A stretch of DNA of 32,000 nt from Ignicoccus pacificus DSM 13166 (GCA_025340205.1 CP006868.1:930001-962000), one strand, 5' to 3'; counted from the first letter of the stretch, positions 1 through 9,468 are shown. The notes: generated from the sequence alone by a model not told the origin. A program made the numbers and translations.

Positions 1-203
1 GTAGCGGGAACCCCGAGCGCCGCGAGCACGTCGTCCGGCAAGCTACCCTTTATCGCTTCCAGCACGTCCTCGGCTTTTTCTTCAGGTACTATTACATTTA
101 ACGTTATCTCATTGTTACATTCCTTGTAAACCAACTTGGGGCGAGTATCCACTTCTCTTATCTTGAGGGTTCCTGACGTTACATTGTAGAATATCTCTTT
201 CAT
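1..203 (-). CDS. Hypothetical protein, truncated by the window edge
   Basis: Manual reverse-strand translation from the CAT at 201-203 gives MKEIFYNVTSGTLKIREVDTRPKLVYKECNNEITLNVIVPEEKAEDVLEAIKGSLPDDVLAALGVPAT, open to base 1. It is absent from the supplied ORF track. No family recognised. Confidence 0.55.
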   Translation of the reverse strand, partial: MKEIFYNVTSGTLKIREVDTRPKLVYKECNNEITLNVIVPEEKAEDVLEAIKGSLPDDVLAALGVPA

Positions 204-266
204 GTTTCGAACCCATGGAGGGGAGGAATGAGGGGAGAAAATGTTAGGGGCTAAAATCTCAAAAAG

Positions 267-1880
267 TTACTTCTCCTTGCTTTCCTCCTTCTTGCCGGCG
301 GCCACGATGTCGTCGATCCTCAGTATTAGGGTAGCGGCCTCGGTTCCGCTCTTGATGGCGTTGGCCGGTACGGCTACGGCTTCAAAGGCACCTCTCTCGA
401 TCATGTTGGTTATCTCACCGGTGTAAACGTCAACGCCGCAGTGCTTACATCCCTCGGTGTGCTTGGCCCTCAGTTGCATCAGCTTCTCGACGGGGTCGTA
501 GCCGGCGTTCTCTACTAGTGCCATCACGATGCCCTCGAGGGCCTTGGCGAAAGCTTCGATAGCTAGCTGCTCCTTTCCACCGACCTTCCTTGCATAGTCC
601 CTTAGGTCTAGGGCCAGCTCTACCTCAGGGGCTCCTCCAGCTCCTACTATCTTGCCGGCCTTCACTGCGTCAGCAACAGCGCTTAGGGCGTCCCTTAGGC
701 TCCTCTCAGCCTCATCTACTATCCTCTCGAAGCCTCCCCTTACCAATATGGCCACAGCCTTGGGGTTCTTAGCGCCCTCGATGAAGACCATCTTGTCATC
801 GCCAACCTTTCTCTCCTCGACTAGCTGAGCCTCTCCTAGGTCGTTGGGAGTGATGTCCTCAATGTTGCTTATGATCTTAGCACCGGTGGCCTTAGCTAGC
901 TTCTCTAGGTCGCTCCTCTTCACCCTCCTTATCGCCATTATGCCGTTCTTAGCTAAGTAGTATTGAGCGACCTCATCGATGCCCTTCTGAGTTATGACGA
1001 CGTTGGCTCCTACCTCCTTTAGCTTCTCGACCTTCTTCCTCAGTATTTCCTCTTTCTCCTCTAGTAGGATCTTTAGTTGCTCGGGACTGGTGATCCTTAT
1101 TTCAGCGTCTAGCTCAGGCTTCTCTAGTTCGAGTGGGCAGTCTAGGACGGCTATCTTGGCGTTCTCAACCCTCTTGGGCATGCCGGGGTGAACTACCTCC
1201 TTGTCGAGTATTACGCCCTTGATTAGCTTGGTGTCCTTCAAGCTACCGCCGTGCTTCTTTACTATCTGTACGTAATCTAGGTCGACGTACCACTTGTCAC
1301 CTCTCTTCTCCTTGACGGTATCGACGGCCTCTACGGCTATCTCGGCGAAGTGCTCCCTGGCCTCTTGCACTCCCTTGCTAGCCAAGCTGGTCAGAGCGAT
1401 CTTCTTCAGCTTCTCCTTGTCCTCGGGGTCTATAGGCTCGGCGATCTCATTGATCTTGTCTAGGGCCCTCTCTAGGGCCTTCTTGTAACCTTGAATGATT
1501 ATGGTGGGGTGGACGTCCTTGCTCAACAAGTCCTCGGCTTGCTTGATTAACTCGCCAGCGAAGATCACCGCTCTCTTAGTTCCATCTCCTACCTCCTCAT
1601 CTTGGCCCTTGGATATCTGTACCAGTAGCTTGGCGGCGGGGTGCTGTAGGTCCATCTTGTCGAGGATAGTAGCGCCGTCGTTGGTGATGGTTATGTCACC
1701 CAAGCTGTCGACCAACATCTTGTCCATTCCCTTGGGGCCGAATGTGGTTCTCAATACCTCAGCCACAGCTCTGACTGCCATCATGTTGCTCCTTAGAGCC
1801 TCCCTTCCGTAAGTCCTGCTGGAACCCTCCTTCAGAATCACTACCGGAACACCCATGCTTTCGATAGGCCTTACCGCCAT
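267..1880 (-). CDS. thsA: Thermosome subunit (group II chaperonin)
   Basis: Contains [52 protein letters not shown] and [12 protein letters not shown], typical of archaeal chaperonins. The start is placed at [10 protein letters not shown] rather than the track start at 1955, because a TATA-like box (cttatatag) lies between the two and a purine-rich RBS precedes 1880. The specific subunit letter is uncertain. Confidence 0.95.
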   Translation of the reverse strand: MAVRPIESMGVPVVILKEGSSRTYGREALRSNMMAVRAVAEVLRTTFGPKGMDKMLVDSLGDITITNDGATILDKMDLQHPAAKLLVQISKGQDEEVGDGTKRAVIFAGELIKQAEDLLSKDVHPTIIIQGYKKALERALDKINEIAEPIDPEDKEKLKKIALTSLASKGVQEAREHFAEIAVEAVDTVKEKRGDKWYVDLDYVQIVKKHGGSLKDTKLIKGVILDKEVVHPGMPKRVENAKIAVLDCPLELEKPELDAEIRITSPEQLKILLEEKEEILRKKVEKLKEVGANVVITQKGIDEVAQYYLAKNGIMAIRRVKRSDLEKLAKATGAKIISNIEDITPNDLGEAQLVEERKVGDDKMVFIEGAKNPKAVAILVRGGFERIVDEAERSLRDALSAVADAVKAGKIVGAGGAPEVELALDLRDYARKVGGKEQLAIEAFAKALEGIVMALVENAGYDPVEKLMQLRAKHTEGCKHCGVDVYTGEITNMIERGAFEAVAVPANAIKSGTEAATLILRIDDIVAAGKKEESKEK

Positions 1881-1915
1881 CGTGCTCACCCACCATGAAG
1901 CGGTGCTCAACGCTT

Positions 1916-1924
1916 CTATATAAG
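1916..1924 (-). promoter_or_regulatory. Probable TATA box of the thermosome gene
   Basis: ctatataag on the + strand (cttatatag on the coding strand), 36-44 nt upstream of the ATG at 1880. Confidence 0.55.
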
Positions 1925-1965
1925 TTTTAGTTGTAGTTCGCTTGGAACACTCCAACTTTAAAGAA

Positions 1966-1986
1966 ATACCTCGGTATCCGAGGTAT
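1966..1986. repeat. Perfect 9-bp inverted repeat with 3-nt spacer in a divergent promoter region
   Basis: ATACCTCGG-TAT-CCGAGGTAT, read directly from the sequence. It lies between the thermosome promoter and the ATG at 1996. Confidence 0.85.
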
Positions 1987-1995
1987 GGGATCCAG

Positions 1996-2811
1996 ATGCG
2001 ACCTCTCTTTCTCTATTTAGCACTCCTAGCCATCTTTAGCGTAGCAATGTATGCAGCTTTGACTTCCTTTAAGATGTCTGGAGCTTCAATAAAAATATTA
2101 TCAATAATTTACATGTGGACTCCTACACTAGCTACCGTGATAGTTCTGAGGAGCGGCAAGGCGATATTGGATGTCTTAGGAGAGTTTAGGTTAAAGTGGT
2201 ATTTGATAGCCGGTCTAGTTCCCTTAATCCACCTAGCTCTCGTAAGGCTAATCTTGTCATCTCAATGGATTGACCCGTCCTTAGTATTGTTCTTACTCAA
2301 GGGCATTAATGTATCAACCACGAAACTCTTGGTAGAAGGTCTGGTAGCTGGTTATACAGTTAACGCCGTCGTTGCGCTGGGAGAGGAAATAGGATGGAGG
2401 GGATTCATGTTTAAAGTGCTTAGGGGTAACAGGCTGACCAAATCAATAGTAATAGGAACAGTTTGGGCTCTTTGGCATTGGCCCTTAATAGTTTTGGGTT
2501 ATTTGAATTTCCCCCAGTCGAAGGCTCTAGGAATCCCGATATTTGCGCTAACGTTAATCCCGATGACTTATGTAATGTTGTTCTTTAGGGAACGAGAAGG
2601 CGTGTATAGTACAGCAGTATTGCACGGCGTCACGAATGGTGTTCTAGGTATGGAATATTTGGCACTTTCTCAGCTTCCCGATTGGCTTAGGCCACCTTCG
2701 GGGCTATGGGGAGCATTGGCTTGGATCATAATTGCAACTGCCATAACAGCTATAGAGAAAATGATTAGTAGATCTTCGAGCCTGGCGCTACCGGTTCGAT
2801 CGGAGCGATGA
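1996..2811 (+). CDS. CPBP-family intramembrane metalloprotease (type II CAAX prenyl endopeptidase/Rce1-like)
   Basis: Multiple hydrophobic segments plus the motifs [13 protein letters not shown] and WALWHWP. Start chosen at ATG 1996 ([12 protein letters not shown]); the track ORF extends to a TTG at 1942. Confidence 0.85.
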   Translation: MRPLFLYLALLAIFSVAMYAALTSFKMSGASIKILSIIYMWTPTLATVIVLRSGKAILDVLGEFRLKWYLIAGLVPLIHLALVRLILSSQWIDPSLVLFLLKGINVSTTKLLVEGLVAGYTVNAVVALGEEIGWRGFMFKVLRGNRLTKSIVIGTVWALWHWPLIVLGYLNFPQSKALGIPIFALTLIPMTYVMLFFREREGVYSTAVLHGVTNGVLGMEYLALSQLPDWLRPPSGLWGALAWIIIATAITAIEKMISRSSSLALPVRSER

Positions 2812-3109
2812 AGACGGGTTTCTCACCTTCCTTCTCTTCAGCCATTAGGATCATTCCTTGCGACTCTAGGTTCGCCATCTTCTTAGGCTTTAAATTTGCG
2901 ACGACTACTACGGTCTTTCCCACTAACTCCTCGGGTCGGTACCATTTCTTTATTCCGCTAAGTATTTGTCTTTTGCCCAAAGGTCCTAAGTCAACTATTA
3001 CCTTAATGAGTTTCCTGGAGTTAGGCACGTCTTCGGCTTCTATGATCTTTCCCACTCTCAAATCAATCTTTGAAAAGGTTTGAAAATCCACGTACTCCAC
3101 GCGTTTCAC
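2765..3109 (-). CDS. Stand-alone tRNA-binding domain protein (methionyl-tRNA synthetase beta/CsaA-like OB fold)
   Basis: FSKIDLRVGKIIEAEDVPNSRKLIKVIVDLGPLGKRQILSGIKKWYRPEELVGKTVVVVANLKPKKMANLESQGMILMA matches the EMAP/MetRS C-terminal tRNA-binding domain. The start (GTG at 3109 or 3100) is uncertain. Confidence 0.85.
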   Translation of the reverse strand: MKRVEYVDFQTFSKIDLRVGKIIEAEDVPNSRKLIKVIVDLGPLGKRQILSGIKKWYRPEELVGKTVVVVANLKPKKMANLESQGMILMAEEKEGEKPVFIAPIEPVAPGSKIY

Positions 3110-3137
3110 CGCTCGTAGCGGACTGTAGGGGAGGTAA

Positions 3138-4334
3138 ATGAGTGAAGGTAAGATCAGGATAACGCCTAGATCGGTGGACTTCGGAGCAGTCGCCATAGAG
3201 CTCGAGTGCTCGGGATACAAGATATCCTTGGATGCGGGGACCGAGGTTAGTACCGAAGACGTCCTCTTGTCCCACGCTCATCTAGATCACAGTAAGATGG
3301 CTGTAGGGAAGAGAATTCATGCTACCTTACCTACCTTAGCTTTGGCCAGATTGCTCTGGATAGATTCTAAGAAATTAGATCCGGAAATACCATGGGAGGT
3401 GAGAGATGTCCAGCTTACCTTAAACAATGCACATTGGATTAATTTACATGAAGAGTTCAAGGTAGGTCCCTTTATCATTAGAACTCATGAAGCTGGGCAC
3501 GTCTTAGGCAGCGTAGTCTTTGAAATAGAATGTAAAGGAAAGAGCATCATCTATACTGGGGATCTAGGAAGTAGCAGCTTCCTATTAAATTATTGGATAA
3601 ACGACGTTCCCCGAGGCGACTACCTAATAATCGAATCCAGCTACTTATGCAAAGATAGACCATCACAAAAGACCGAGTGGTCAAAGCTGTTCACGTTCCT
3701 AAAATCTACCCTTCCAAACTCTCCCGTTTTGATAGCTGCTAATGCCGTCGGCAAAGTCCAAGAGGTAGTGAAGTTTCTGATGAACTACAGTAACAATCTA
3801 CCACTTGAAAGGGTAGTCGTGGAGGGCATGGGTGTAGATGCTACTAAAATCTACGACGATATGGTAAATTACCTTAAGGACACGGAGATCAGCTCATGGC
3901 TTAACGGCAGCCGTAGAATGTTAATGGACTTTATAGAGATTCCAAAAACCATAGGTGAGAGAAAGAACATGTTAACGCCGGGCACGGTAATTGTGGCTCC
4001 CTCTGGTTCTCTAAGTGGAGGAATGAGTGTCTGGTGGGCTTCTCATAATATACCGTATGTCTTACTAGGCCACGTCTTTGAACCGGCATCGAGACTCCTA
4101 GAAGGTCAAAGTGTCGTTGTAGAGGATCCTTTAGGAAACCAAGTTAAGTTAGGACCCCCCTCACTGCATCTACAGATTTCGAGACATGCGTCACGACAAG
4201 AACTCTTTCAATTCATTAGTAAGAGTGAAGCTAGCGAAGTATTTTTATTTCATGGCGACGAAGAATGTCTATTCACTGCTAGTAGTGAGTATGACTTTAC
4301 TCCTCTCCAGCCGATGAAGACAATAGAACTATAG
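3138..4334 (+). CDS. Metallo-beta-lactamase-fold protein, divergent beta-CASP/exonuclease-like
   Basis: LLSHAHLDHSK (HxHxDH), THEAGHVLGSVVF, IIYTGDLGSSSF, and C-terminal RHASRQELFQFI...VFLFHGDEE. Confidence 0.8.
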   Translation: MSEGKIRITPRSVDFGAVAIELECSGYKISLDAGTEVSTEDVLLSHAHLDHSKMAVGKRIHATLPTLALARLLWIDSKKLDPEIPWEVRDVQLTLNNAHWINLHEEFKVGPFIIRTHEAGHVLGSVVFEIECKGKSIIYTGDLGSSSFLLNYWINDVPRGDYLIIESSYLCKDRPSQKTEWSKLFTFLKSTLPNSPVLIAANAVGKVQEVVKFLMNYSNNLPLERVVVEGMGVDATKIYDDMVNYLKDTEISSWLNGSRRMLMDFIEIPKTIGERKNMLTPGTVIVAPSGSLSGGMSVWWASHNIPYVLLGHVFEPASRLLEGQSVVVEDPLGNQVKLGPPSLHLQISRHASRQELFQFISKSEASEVFLFHGDEECLFTASSEYDFTPLQPMKTIEL

Positions 4335-4373
4335 TTTCTCTTACGAATATAAACCCAGTTAATAGAAACGGGA

Positions 4374-4382
4374 AGTATAAAT
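4374..4382 (+). promoter_or_regulatory. Probable TATA box of the multiheme cytochrome gene
   Basis: agtataaat, about 45 nt upstream of the GTG at 4422. The RBS-like gggtgga lies at 4412-4417. Confidence 0.5.
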
Positions 4383-4421
4383 CCTCTCCATTTCATGAAG
4401 ATAACACGAAGGGTGGATAGT

Positions 4422-6320
4422 GTGAAGAAGCTGGCATTCCTTCTGGCTATCCTATTCATTGGCACCACCCTACTCGCCGCCAAGGGACTAGCGACCCCCG
4501 CTCTGCTGCAGAAGCTAGAGGCCGAGGGCAAGGTCAGCCCTCAGACCCAAGCGTGTCTAGCGTGCCACATGAGGGTCACCCCCGGCATAGTGATGGACTG
4601 GCTGAACAGCAAGCACGCCCTCAATCCTCCTGCTAACGTCGAGAAGCTCTATGAGGCCATCGGTGCCGGACCTCAGCCCATAGCCAAGAAGTTCCAGAAC
4701 TACAAGTATGTGGTTGGATGCTATGAGTGTCACGGAATGTACAAGGTCAAGGACAGGGTCGACGCTGTAAACCACTTCGGCTTCAAGATAGTGACCATAG
4801 TCACCCTACAGGACTGTAGCCAGTGCCACCCCAAGGAGGCCAAGGAGATCAGCTGGACTTGGCACGCCTTTGCCGCCCTGAACACCAACCTGAATCCTTG
4901 GTACAAGAAGATAGTCAAGTATGCTAAGGACCACAACGAGATGGACATGCTACCTCCGGTGTTCAAGCTAACCCACAAGGGACTGATCACTTGGCAGTGG
5001 TACAAGGACTACGCTAAGGCTCTATACGACTACCTAAACGGCAAGCCTGTGAGCGCCAAGTGGATGAAGTACATCAAGCTCTTCGGTACTCCTTATGACT
5101 ACGACTTCAAGAACATCGTCAGCCCGCTATACCCTGCTAGCGGTGGACTAAACACCACTGTAGCTGCCAAGGTAGGTTACAAACCCACCATAGGTGCCGT
5201 CTGTGCTGTTGGTAAGTGGAACTACTATGAGCAGATTAGCAACCCCATGAGCCACCCGATGTTCAAGAACGCCTATGCCTACCACGCCTGCTACGAGTGC
5301 CACGGTACCCTAGTGGTGCCCTACAAGACTGAGACCAAGATGATCAAGGGCTTCCCCGTCACTAGGATGGACTACTGGGGCTGGCCCAGCAACGGAGCTG
5401 GAAGGATTGACCCCGACGGAAGCCTAGGCACTTGTACTGCTTGCCACCCCAGGCACAGCTTCAGCGTGGCTCAGGCTAGGGAGCCTTGGACTTGTGGTCA
5501 GTGCCACCTAGGATATGACCACCCGCACATTGAGATCTATGAGGAGAGCAAGCACGGAAACATCTATGACGCCAACAAGGAGAAGTGGAACATGGAGGCC
5601 ATACCTTGGAAGGTCGGCACTGACTTCAACGCACCCACTTGTGCTACCTGCCACATGAGCACCATCGCTAGCCCCGACGGAAGCCAGATACTAGTGAAGG
5701 GTACCCACGACCTAAGGGCCAGGCTAGTGTGGGACCAGATGCACTTCTTCACCTACCCGAAGGCCGACTACCCAGACAACGTGCAACTAGCTGTGATCAA
5801 GGGCGTAAGTGTGCTAACTGGTGCTAACATACAGAAGGCCGTCAGCGGAGGGTTCAAGGTGATACCCGGACCCAAGGCCGGAGAGCTAGCCTTCCCGAGG
5901 CTAGCTACCATCAAGTACTACGGTGCCCTAGCCCAGAAGAGAGCTGCTATGGAGAAGGTCTGTACCCTATGCCACAGCACCCAGTGGACTAAGAACTTCT
6001 TCAGGACCGCTGACCAGAACATGATAGACTATGACATCGTGGCCCACTATGCCTTCGACCTACTGAAGAAGGCTTGGAAGGAGGGCATCCAAGATCCTCA
6101 CAACAAGCTAGACGAAGTAATGGAGGTCGAGTGGTACTACATCTGGCACCACCAGGGCAGGAGGTGGAGGAACGGAGCCTTCATGATGGGACCCGACTTC
6201 GCCCACTGGTTCGGTATAGTCGACACTGTCATGGAGGCCCTCAACAGGATGCTAGGATACTACCAGATGGCCAAGGAGGTCAAGATGCTACAGACTCAGC
6301 TACAAGCCCTAGCCAAGTAA
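4422..6320 (+). CDS. Octaheme c-type cytochrome, hydroxylamine-oxidoreductase-like family
   Basis: N-terminal signal peptide (VKKLAFLLAILFIGTTLLA) and exactly eight CXXCH motifs: CLACH, CYECH, CSQCH, CYECH, CTACH, CGQCH, CATCH, CTLCH. GTG 4422 is preferred over ATG 4395 from the TATA/RBS spacing. Strong recall of the Ignicoccus hospitalis octaheme cytochrome. Confidence 0.93.
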   Translation: MKKLAFLLAILFIGTTLLAAKGLATPALLQKLEAEGKVSPQTQACLACHMRVTPGIVMDWLNSKHALNPPANVEKLYEAIGAGPQPIAKKFQNYKYVVGCYECHGMYKVKDRVDAVNHFGFKIVTIVTLQDCSQCHPKEAKEISWTWHAFAALNTNLNPWYKKIVKYAKDHNEMDMLPPVFKLTHKGLITWQWYKDYAKALYDYLNGKPVSAKWMKYIKLFGTPYDYDFKNIVSPLYPASGGLNTTVAAKVGYKPTIGAVCAVGKWNYYEQISNPMSHPMFKNAYAYHACYECHGTLVVPYKTETKMIKGFPVTRMDYWGWPSNGAGRIDPDGSLGTCTACHPRHSFSVAQAREPWTCGQCHLGYDHPHIEIYEESKHGNIYDANKEKWNMEAIPWKVGTDFNAPTCATCHMSTIASPDGSQILVKGTHDLRARLVWDQMHFFTYPKADYPDNVQLAVIKGVSVLTGANIQKAVSGGFKVIPGPKAGELAFPRLATIKYYGALAQKRAAMEKVCTLCHSTQWTKNFFRTADQNMIDYDIVAHYAFDLLKKAWKEGIQDPHNKLDEVMEVEWYYIWHHQGRRWRNGAFMMGPDFAHWFGIVDTVMEALNRMLGYYQMAKEVKMLQTQLQALAK

Positions 6321-6339
6321 AACACCTAATTTTTTATTA

Positions 6340-8256
6340 TTAAGACGACCTACCCTTCCTATTCCTCCAAGCTCCTTCAGCTAGTCTCTGTACCACTTCT
6401 TTATGTGGTCTCTGAGATCTCTTCCAAGCCTTAGGGTTGTTGTAAAGCAGCGTAGCGAAGAGTCTGTCCGCTACTATATCTGCTGAAGGACATAGGTACA
6501 TGCAGAGCCTACACCCCTCACAAGCGTTCGGATCAGCTAAGACCGGCCTGGTTTCACCTTTTTCTTCTATTACCTTAATCGCGCCAGTGGGGCACCAAGT
6601 TTCGCAGATTCTGCAGCCGGCACAAGCGTTGGAGCTATGTACTACCCTTAGGGCTTCAAACGCCTCTTCTATTCCTTTCACCTTAGGGGAAACTATTACT
6701 CTATCTTTGTAGAACTCATATCTCCCCCTTGGTCCCTCTATTATCTGGCCCCTCCTCTCCGTTCCCAGCAATTTGGCTAGCTCAAGGGCCTTTACTTTAT
6801 CGTACTTTAATTTTAAGATAATTTTCTTTACTCTCTTCTTTTCCCTTATCACTTTATAATCTAAGAGCTTTACCTTAGATTGTCTCTTCTTGTACTCCTC
6901 CTTCCAATCTATGGTTTCACCGGCCTTTGAGGCCAAAACCTCTTTAGGATGCTCGGGGGCCAACCACCTCCAGCCCCCTCTAATCCACCATTTACCGTAT
7001 CCGAGCCTCTTCCTCCATTTTTCTAAAACATTCTCCCATCTCTCCCAGAGCTCTGGATGAAGTCTCTTTACGAGCTCGTACTCCCATTGGGTAGCTCCAG
7101 GACACATGAAACAGCCGACGCGATCGAAACCCTTGAAGTAGAGCTCGTTGAGAGGAACGTTCCTGTCAATCAAGTACGCTAACTCCAGCAGCTGAGGCCA
7201 AGGTAGTATAGGACTGACAGTGGTTACCGTTGGGAAGTACTTCATCTTCATTATCGGCGGTGTCCTAGATCTCTCTAAGCTCTCCCACCATCTATTGCCC
7301 ACGAAGTTTGTGACGTTCTCATACCTCTTCATGAACCTAGCTATGGGACCTAACTTGAGTACCTTACAGCACCATCGAAAATCTCTAGCGGGTGGAGAGA
7401 AAAGGTCTACAGCTCTCCAGAACCTGTCCTCTGCTGAAGCTATCTCAAGCTTCATATTGAAAAATCGCGCTTCCTCCTCTACAGTTTTTATTGTCTCCGG
7501 AAGTTCTATTCCAGTATCATTGAACAGTAAGATAGCATCCATATCGTATTCCTTGAGAAGTTGAGCCACCAGAGCGGAGTCCTTCCCCCCAGACAGCGAA
7601 AGTATGGGAGTTCCTTTAGGAGCCCTCTTCAGTACCTCGAAGCTCCACTCTCTGAGTTCCTCGATGAAACGCTCATTCGCCTTTAGGATATCCTTTAAAT
7701 CTTGCTTCCTCGTGCTGAGCGCCCCTCTTCTGGGATGTTTCCAGACCTTGTCGACTCTCAACTTCCCTCTTTTCGGAATGGCTATTCCGACGACCTTGCC
7801 TTCAGAATCCACTAAAGCGACTTGCTTGTTCCCCTTCCCCACGACATCTCCAGGCCTTGGATTATCCACCTTTATGGAATTGATGTAGCCGCGCTCTAAA
7901 GCCCTTAGAGCACCTAAGTACCCTAATCTTATTCTCCACTTGCCAGCCAATGGGTCGTATAGCGCTCTAGCCAAGATGTCTCCATCTACAATTATCTGGT
8001 AAGCGTGATCGACGTAGGATGTTCTATTAAGAAAGACCATTCTCCCTTCAGTTAGCTTTTCCCACGAACCCTTCCCTACCTCCTCATCAAAGGCATTGGA
8101 GAGGTATTCGTAATCTCCTTCCCAAGCGATCCTCAAGTCTCTAGGCTCAAATAAGCTGAGTCTGAGTGCTCCTTCACAGTCCTCCCTCCTGAACACTGGC
8201 ACGTTGAGCTCTGGGCACCAGAAGACCTCCAGCTCTCTTTGCCACTTCCTCTTCAT
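6340..8256 (-). CDS. PAPS-reductase-like PP-loop protein with PUA-like N-terminal region and C-terminal di-[4Fe-4S] ferredoxin domain
   Basis: PP-loop GTPILSLSGGKDSALVAQLLKEYDMDAILLFNDTGIELPET. C-terminal CAGCRICETWCPTGAI and CEGCRLCMYLCPS. N-terminal FWCPELNVPVFRREDC and a PUA-like GYINSIKVDNPRPGDVVGKGNKQVALVDSEGKVVGIA. Confidence 0.85.
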   Translation of the reverse strand: MKRKWQRELEVFWCPELNVPVFRREDCEGALRLSLFEPRDLRIAWEGDYEYLSNAFDEEVGKGSWEKLTEGRMVFLNRTSYVDHAYQIIVDGDILARALYDPLAGKWRIRLGYLGALRALERGYINSIKVDNPRPGDVVGKGNKQVALVDSEGKVVGIAIPKRGKLRVDKVWKHPRRGALSTRKQDLKDILKANERFIEELREWSFEVLKRAPKGTPILSLSGGKDSALVAQLLKEYDMDAILLFNDTGIELPETIKTVEEEARFFNMKLEIASAEDRFWRAVDLFSPPARDFRWCCKVLKLGPIARFMKRYENVTNFVGNRWWESLERSRTPPIMKMKYFPTVTTVSPILPWPQLLELAYLIDRNVPLNELYFKGFDRVGCFMCPGATQWEYELVKRLHPELWERWENVLEKWRKRLGYGKWWIRGGWRWLAPEHPKEVLASKAGETIDWKEEYKKRQSKVKLLDYKVIREKKRVKKIILKLKYDKVKALELAKLLGTERRGQIIEGPRGRYEFYKDRVIVSPKVKGIEEAFEALRVVHSSNACAGCRICETWCPTGAIKVIEEKGETRPVLADPNACEGCRLCMYLCPSADIVADRLFATLLYNNPKAWKRSQRPHKEVVQRLAEGAWRNRKGRSS

Positions 8257-8307
8257 CTTAGAGCTCCAGCTCGGGAATGGGGAGCGGAAAGGTTAATTGA
8301 TAGAGGG

Positions 8308-9456
8308 TTAGTGAACAAAGGGATCCTTGAACGATAACACTACCTTAGCTACCTCCGGCCTCATCATGTACTCCGGAGGCATCCTTCCCTCCATTATCAT
8401 CTTCCTTAGCTTAGTTCCGCTTATCCTTATCCTATATTCTTCTGGGTGAGGACATATCTTCTCGTTCACCATACCTCCGCACTTCTTGCAGTAGAAGGCC
8501 TCCCTCACGAAGAGGGGCGTTATCCCTAGATCCGGGAAGTTCTTGAAGATGTCCCAAGCCTCATAGGGACCGTAGTAATTACCTACCCCGGCGTGGTCCC
8601 TTCCCACTATGAAGTGGGTCGCTCCGAAGTTCTTCCTGACTATGGCGTGGTGAACCGCTTCCCTGGGCCCGGCGTACCTCATCTCCATCCTAAGGATCGA
8701 GAAGGCTACTACTCCCTTTGGATAATAGTTCTCTATGAGCGCCTCATAGGCCTTGATTATTACTTCATCCTTGAAGTCTCCCGGTTTCTTCCACCCGACT
8801 AAGGGGTTAATGAACAAGCCGTCGGTGAAGGTAAGGGCAGCCTTCTGGATGTACTCGTGGCCCCTGTGAGGCACGTTCCTGGTTTGGAACGCAGCTATCC
8901 TCTTCCAGCCCCTCTCGAGGAAGAGCACCCTCGTCTCCTTGGGCCACAAGCGATACCTCTCGTACGGCTCCGGCAAGTCCTCTATCTGAAGGACGTCCCC
9001 TCCTATTAGGTAATCCTTCCTCTGGAAGGTCTTCTTGACTCCGGGGTGGTTTATATCATCCGTCTTGAAGACCTTTCTGGAGTATTCCCTCTTGTCCCAG
9101 GGGTAGATCTCCTCAACTCTCATTATCGCTATGGGCTTGTCCTTATAGAAGAGAGCTATTTCATCCCCTTCCTTTATCCTATTCTTGAATTCTTCGTCTA
9201 CGTCCAATATTATTGGAATGGTCCAAGGTAGGTCGTTGGTGAGCCTCATTTGATCTAAGACGCTCTGATAGTCGTCCCTAGTTAGGAAGCCCTCCAAAGG
9301 AGAGTAGACGCCGTGGGCTATGTTGGCGATGTCAGCAGCTAAGCCCTCCGTGAGGTCAACCCTTTCCATCTCCATAGCCTCTTTCATTAGCCTTTCCTTT
9401 GACTTCTCGCTAACAGTTCTATCGATAAGCTTACCTCCGTGAGGCTTGGATACCAT
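8308..9456 (-). CDS. sat: Sulfate adenylyltransferase (ATP sulfurylase)
   Basis: FQTRNVPHRGHEYIQKAAL, MRYAGPREAVHHAIVRKNFGATHFIVGRDHAGVG and FYCKKCGGMVNEKICPH, all typical of ATP sulfurylase. Start at GTSM/MVSKPHGGKLIDR (9456 or 9465). Confidence 0.95.
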   Translation of the reverse strand: MVSKPHGGKLIDRTVSEKSKERLMKEAMEMERVDLTEGLAADIANIAHGVYSPLEGFLTRDDYQSVLDQMRLTNDLPWTIPIILDVDEEFKNRIKEGDEIALFYKDKPIAIMRVEEIYPWDKREYSRKVFKTDDINHPGVKKTFQRKDYLIGGDVLQIEDLPEPYERYRLWPKETRVLFLERGWKRIAAFQTRNVPHRGHEYIQKAALTFTDGLFINPLVGWKKPGDFKDEVIIKAYEALIENYYPKGVVAFSILRMEMRYAGPREAVHHAIVRKNFGATHFIVGRDHAGVGNYYGPYEAWDIFKNFPDLGITPLFVREAFYCKKCGGMVNEKICPHPEEYRIRISGTKLRKMIMEGRMPPEYMMRPEVAKVVLSFKDPFVH

Positions 9457-9468
9457 GGAGCCCACACC

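Noticed and set aside
1495-1812. 105-aa plus-strand ORF
   Set aside because: Lies antisense inside the thermosome gene; Ser/Leu/Pro-rich composition is typical of a shadow frame.
6074-6343. 89-aa plus-strand ORF
   Set aside because: Out-of-frame with the cytochrome C-terminus; Arg/His/Gly-rich shadow sequence.
7220-7888. Plus-strand ORFs of 114 and 94 aa
   Set aside because: Antisense to the PP-loop domain of the PAPS-reductase-like gene; no domain recognised.
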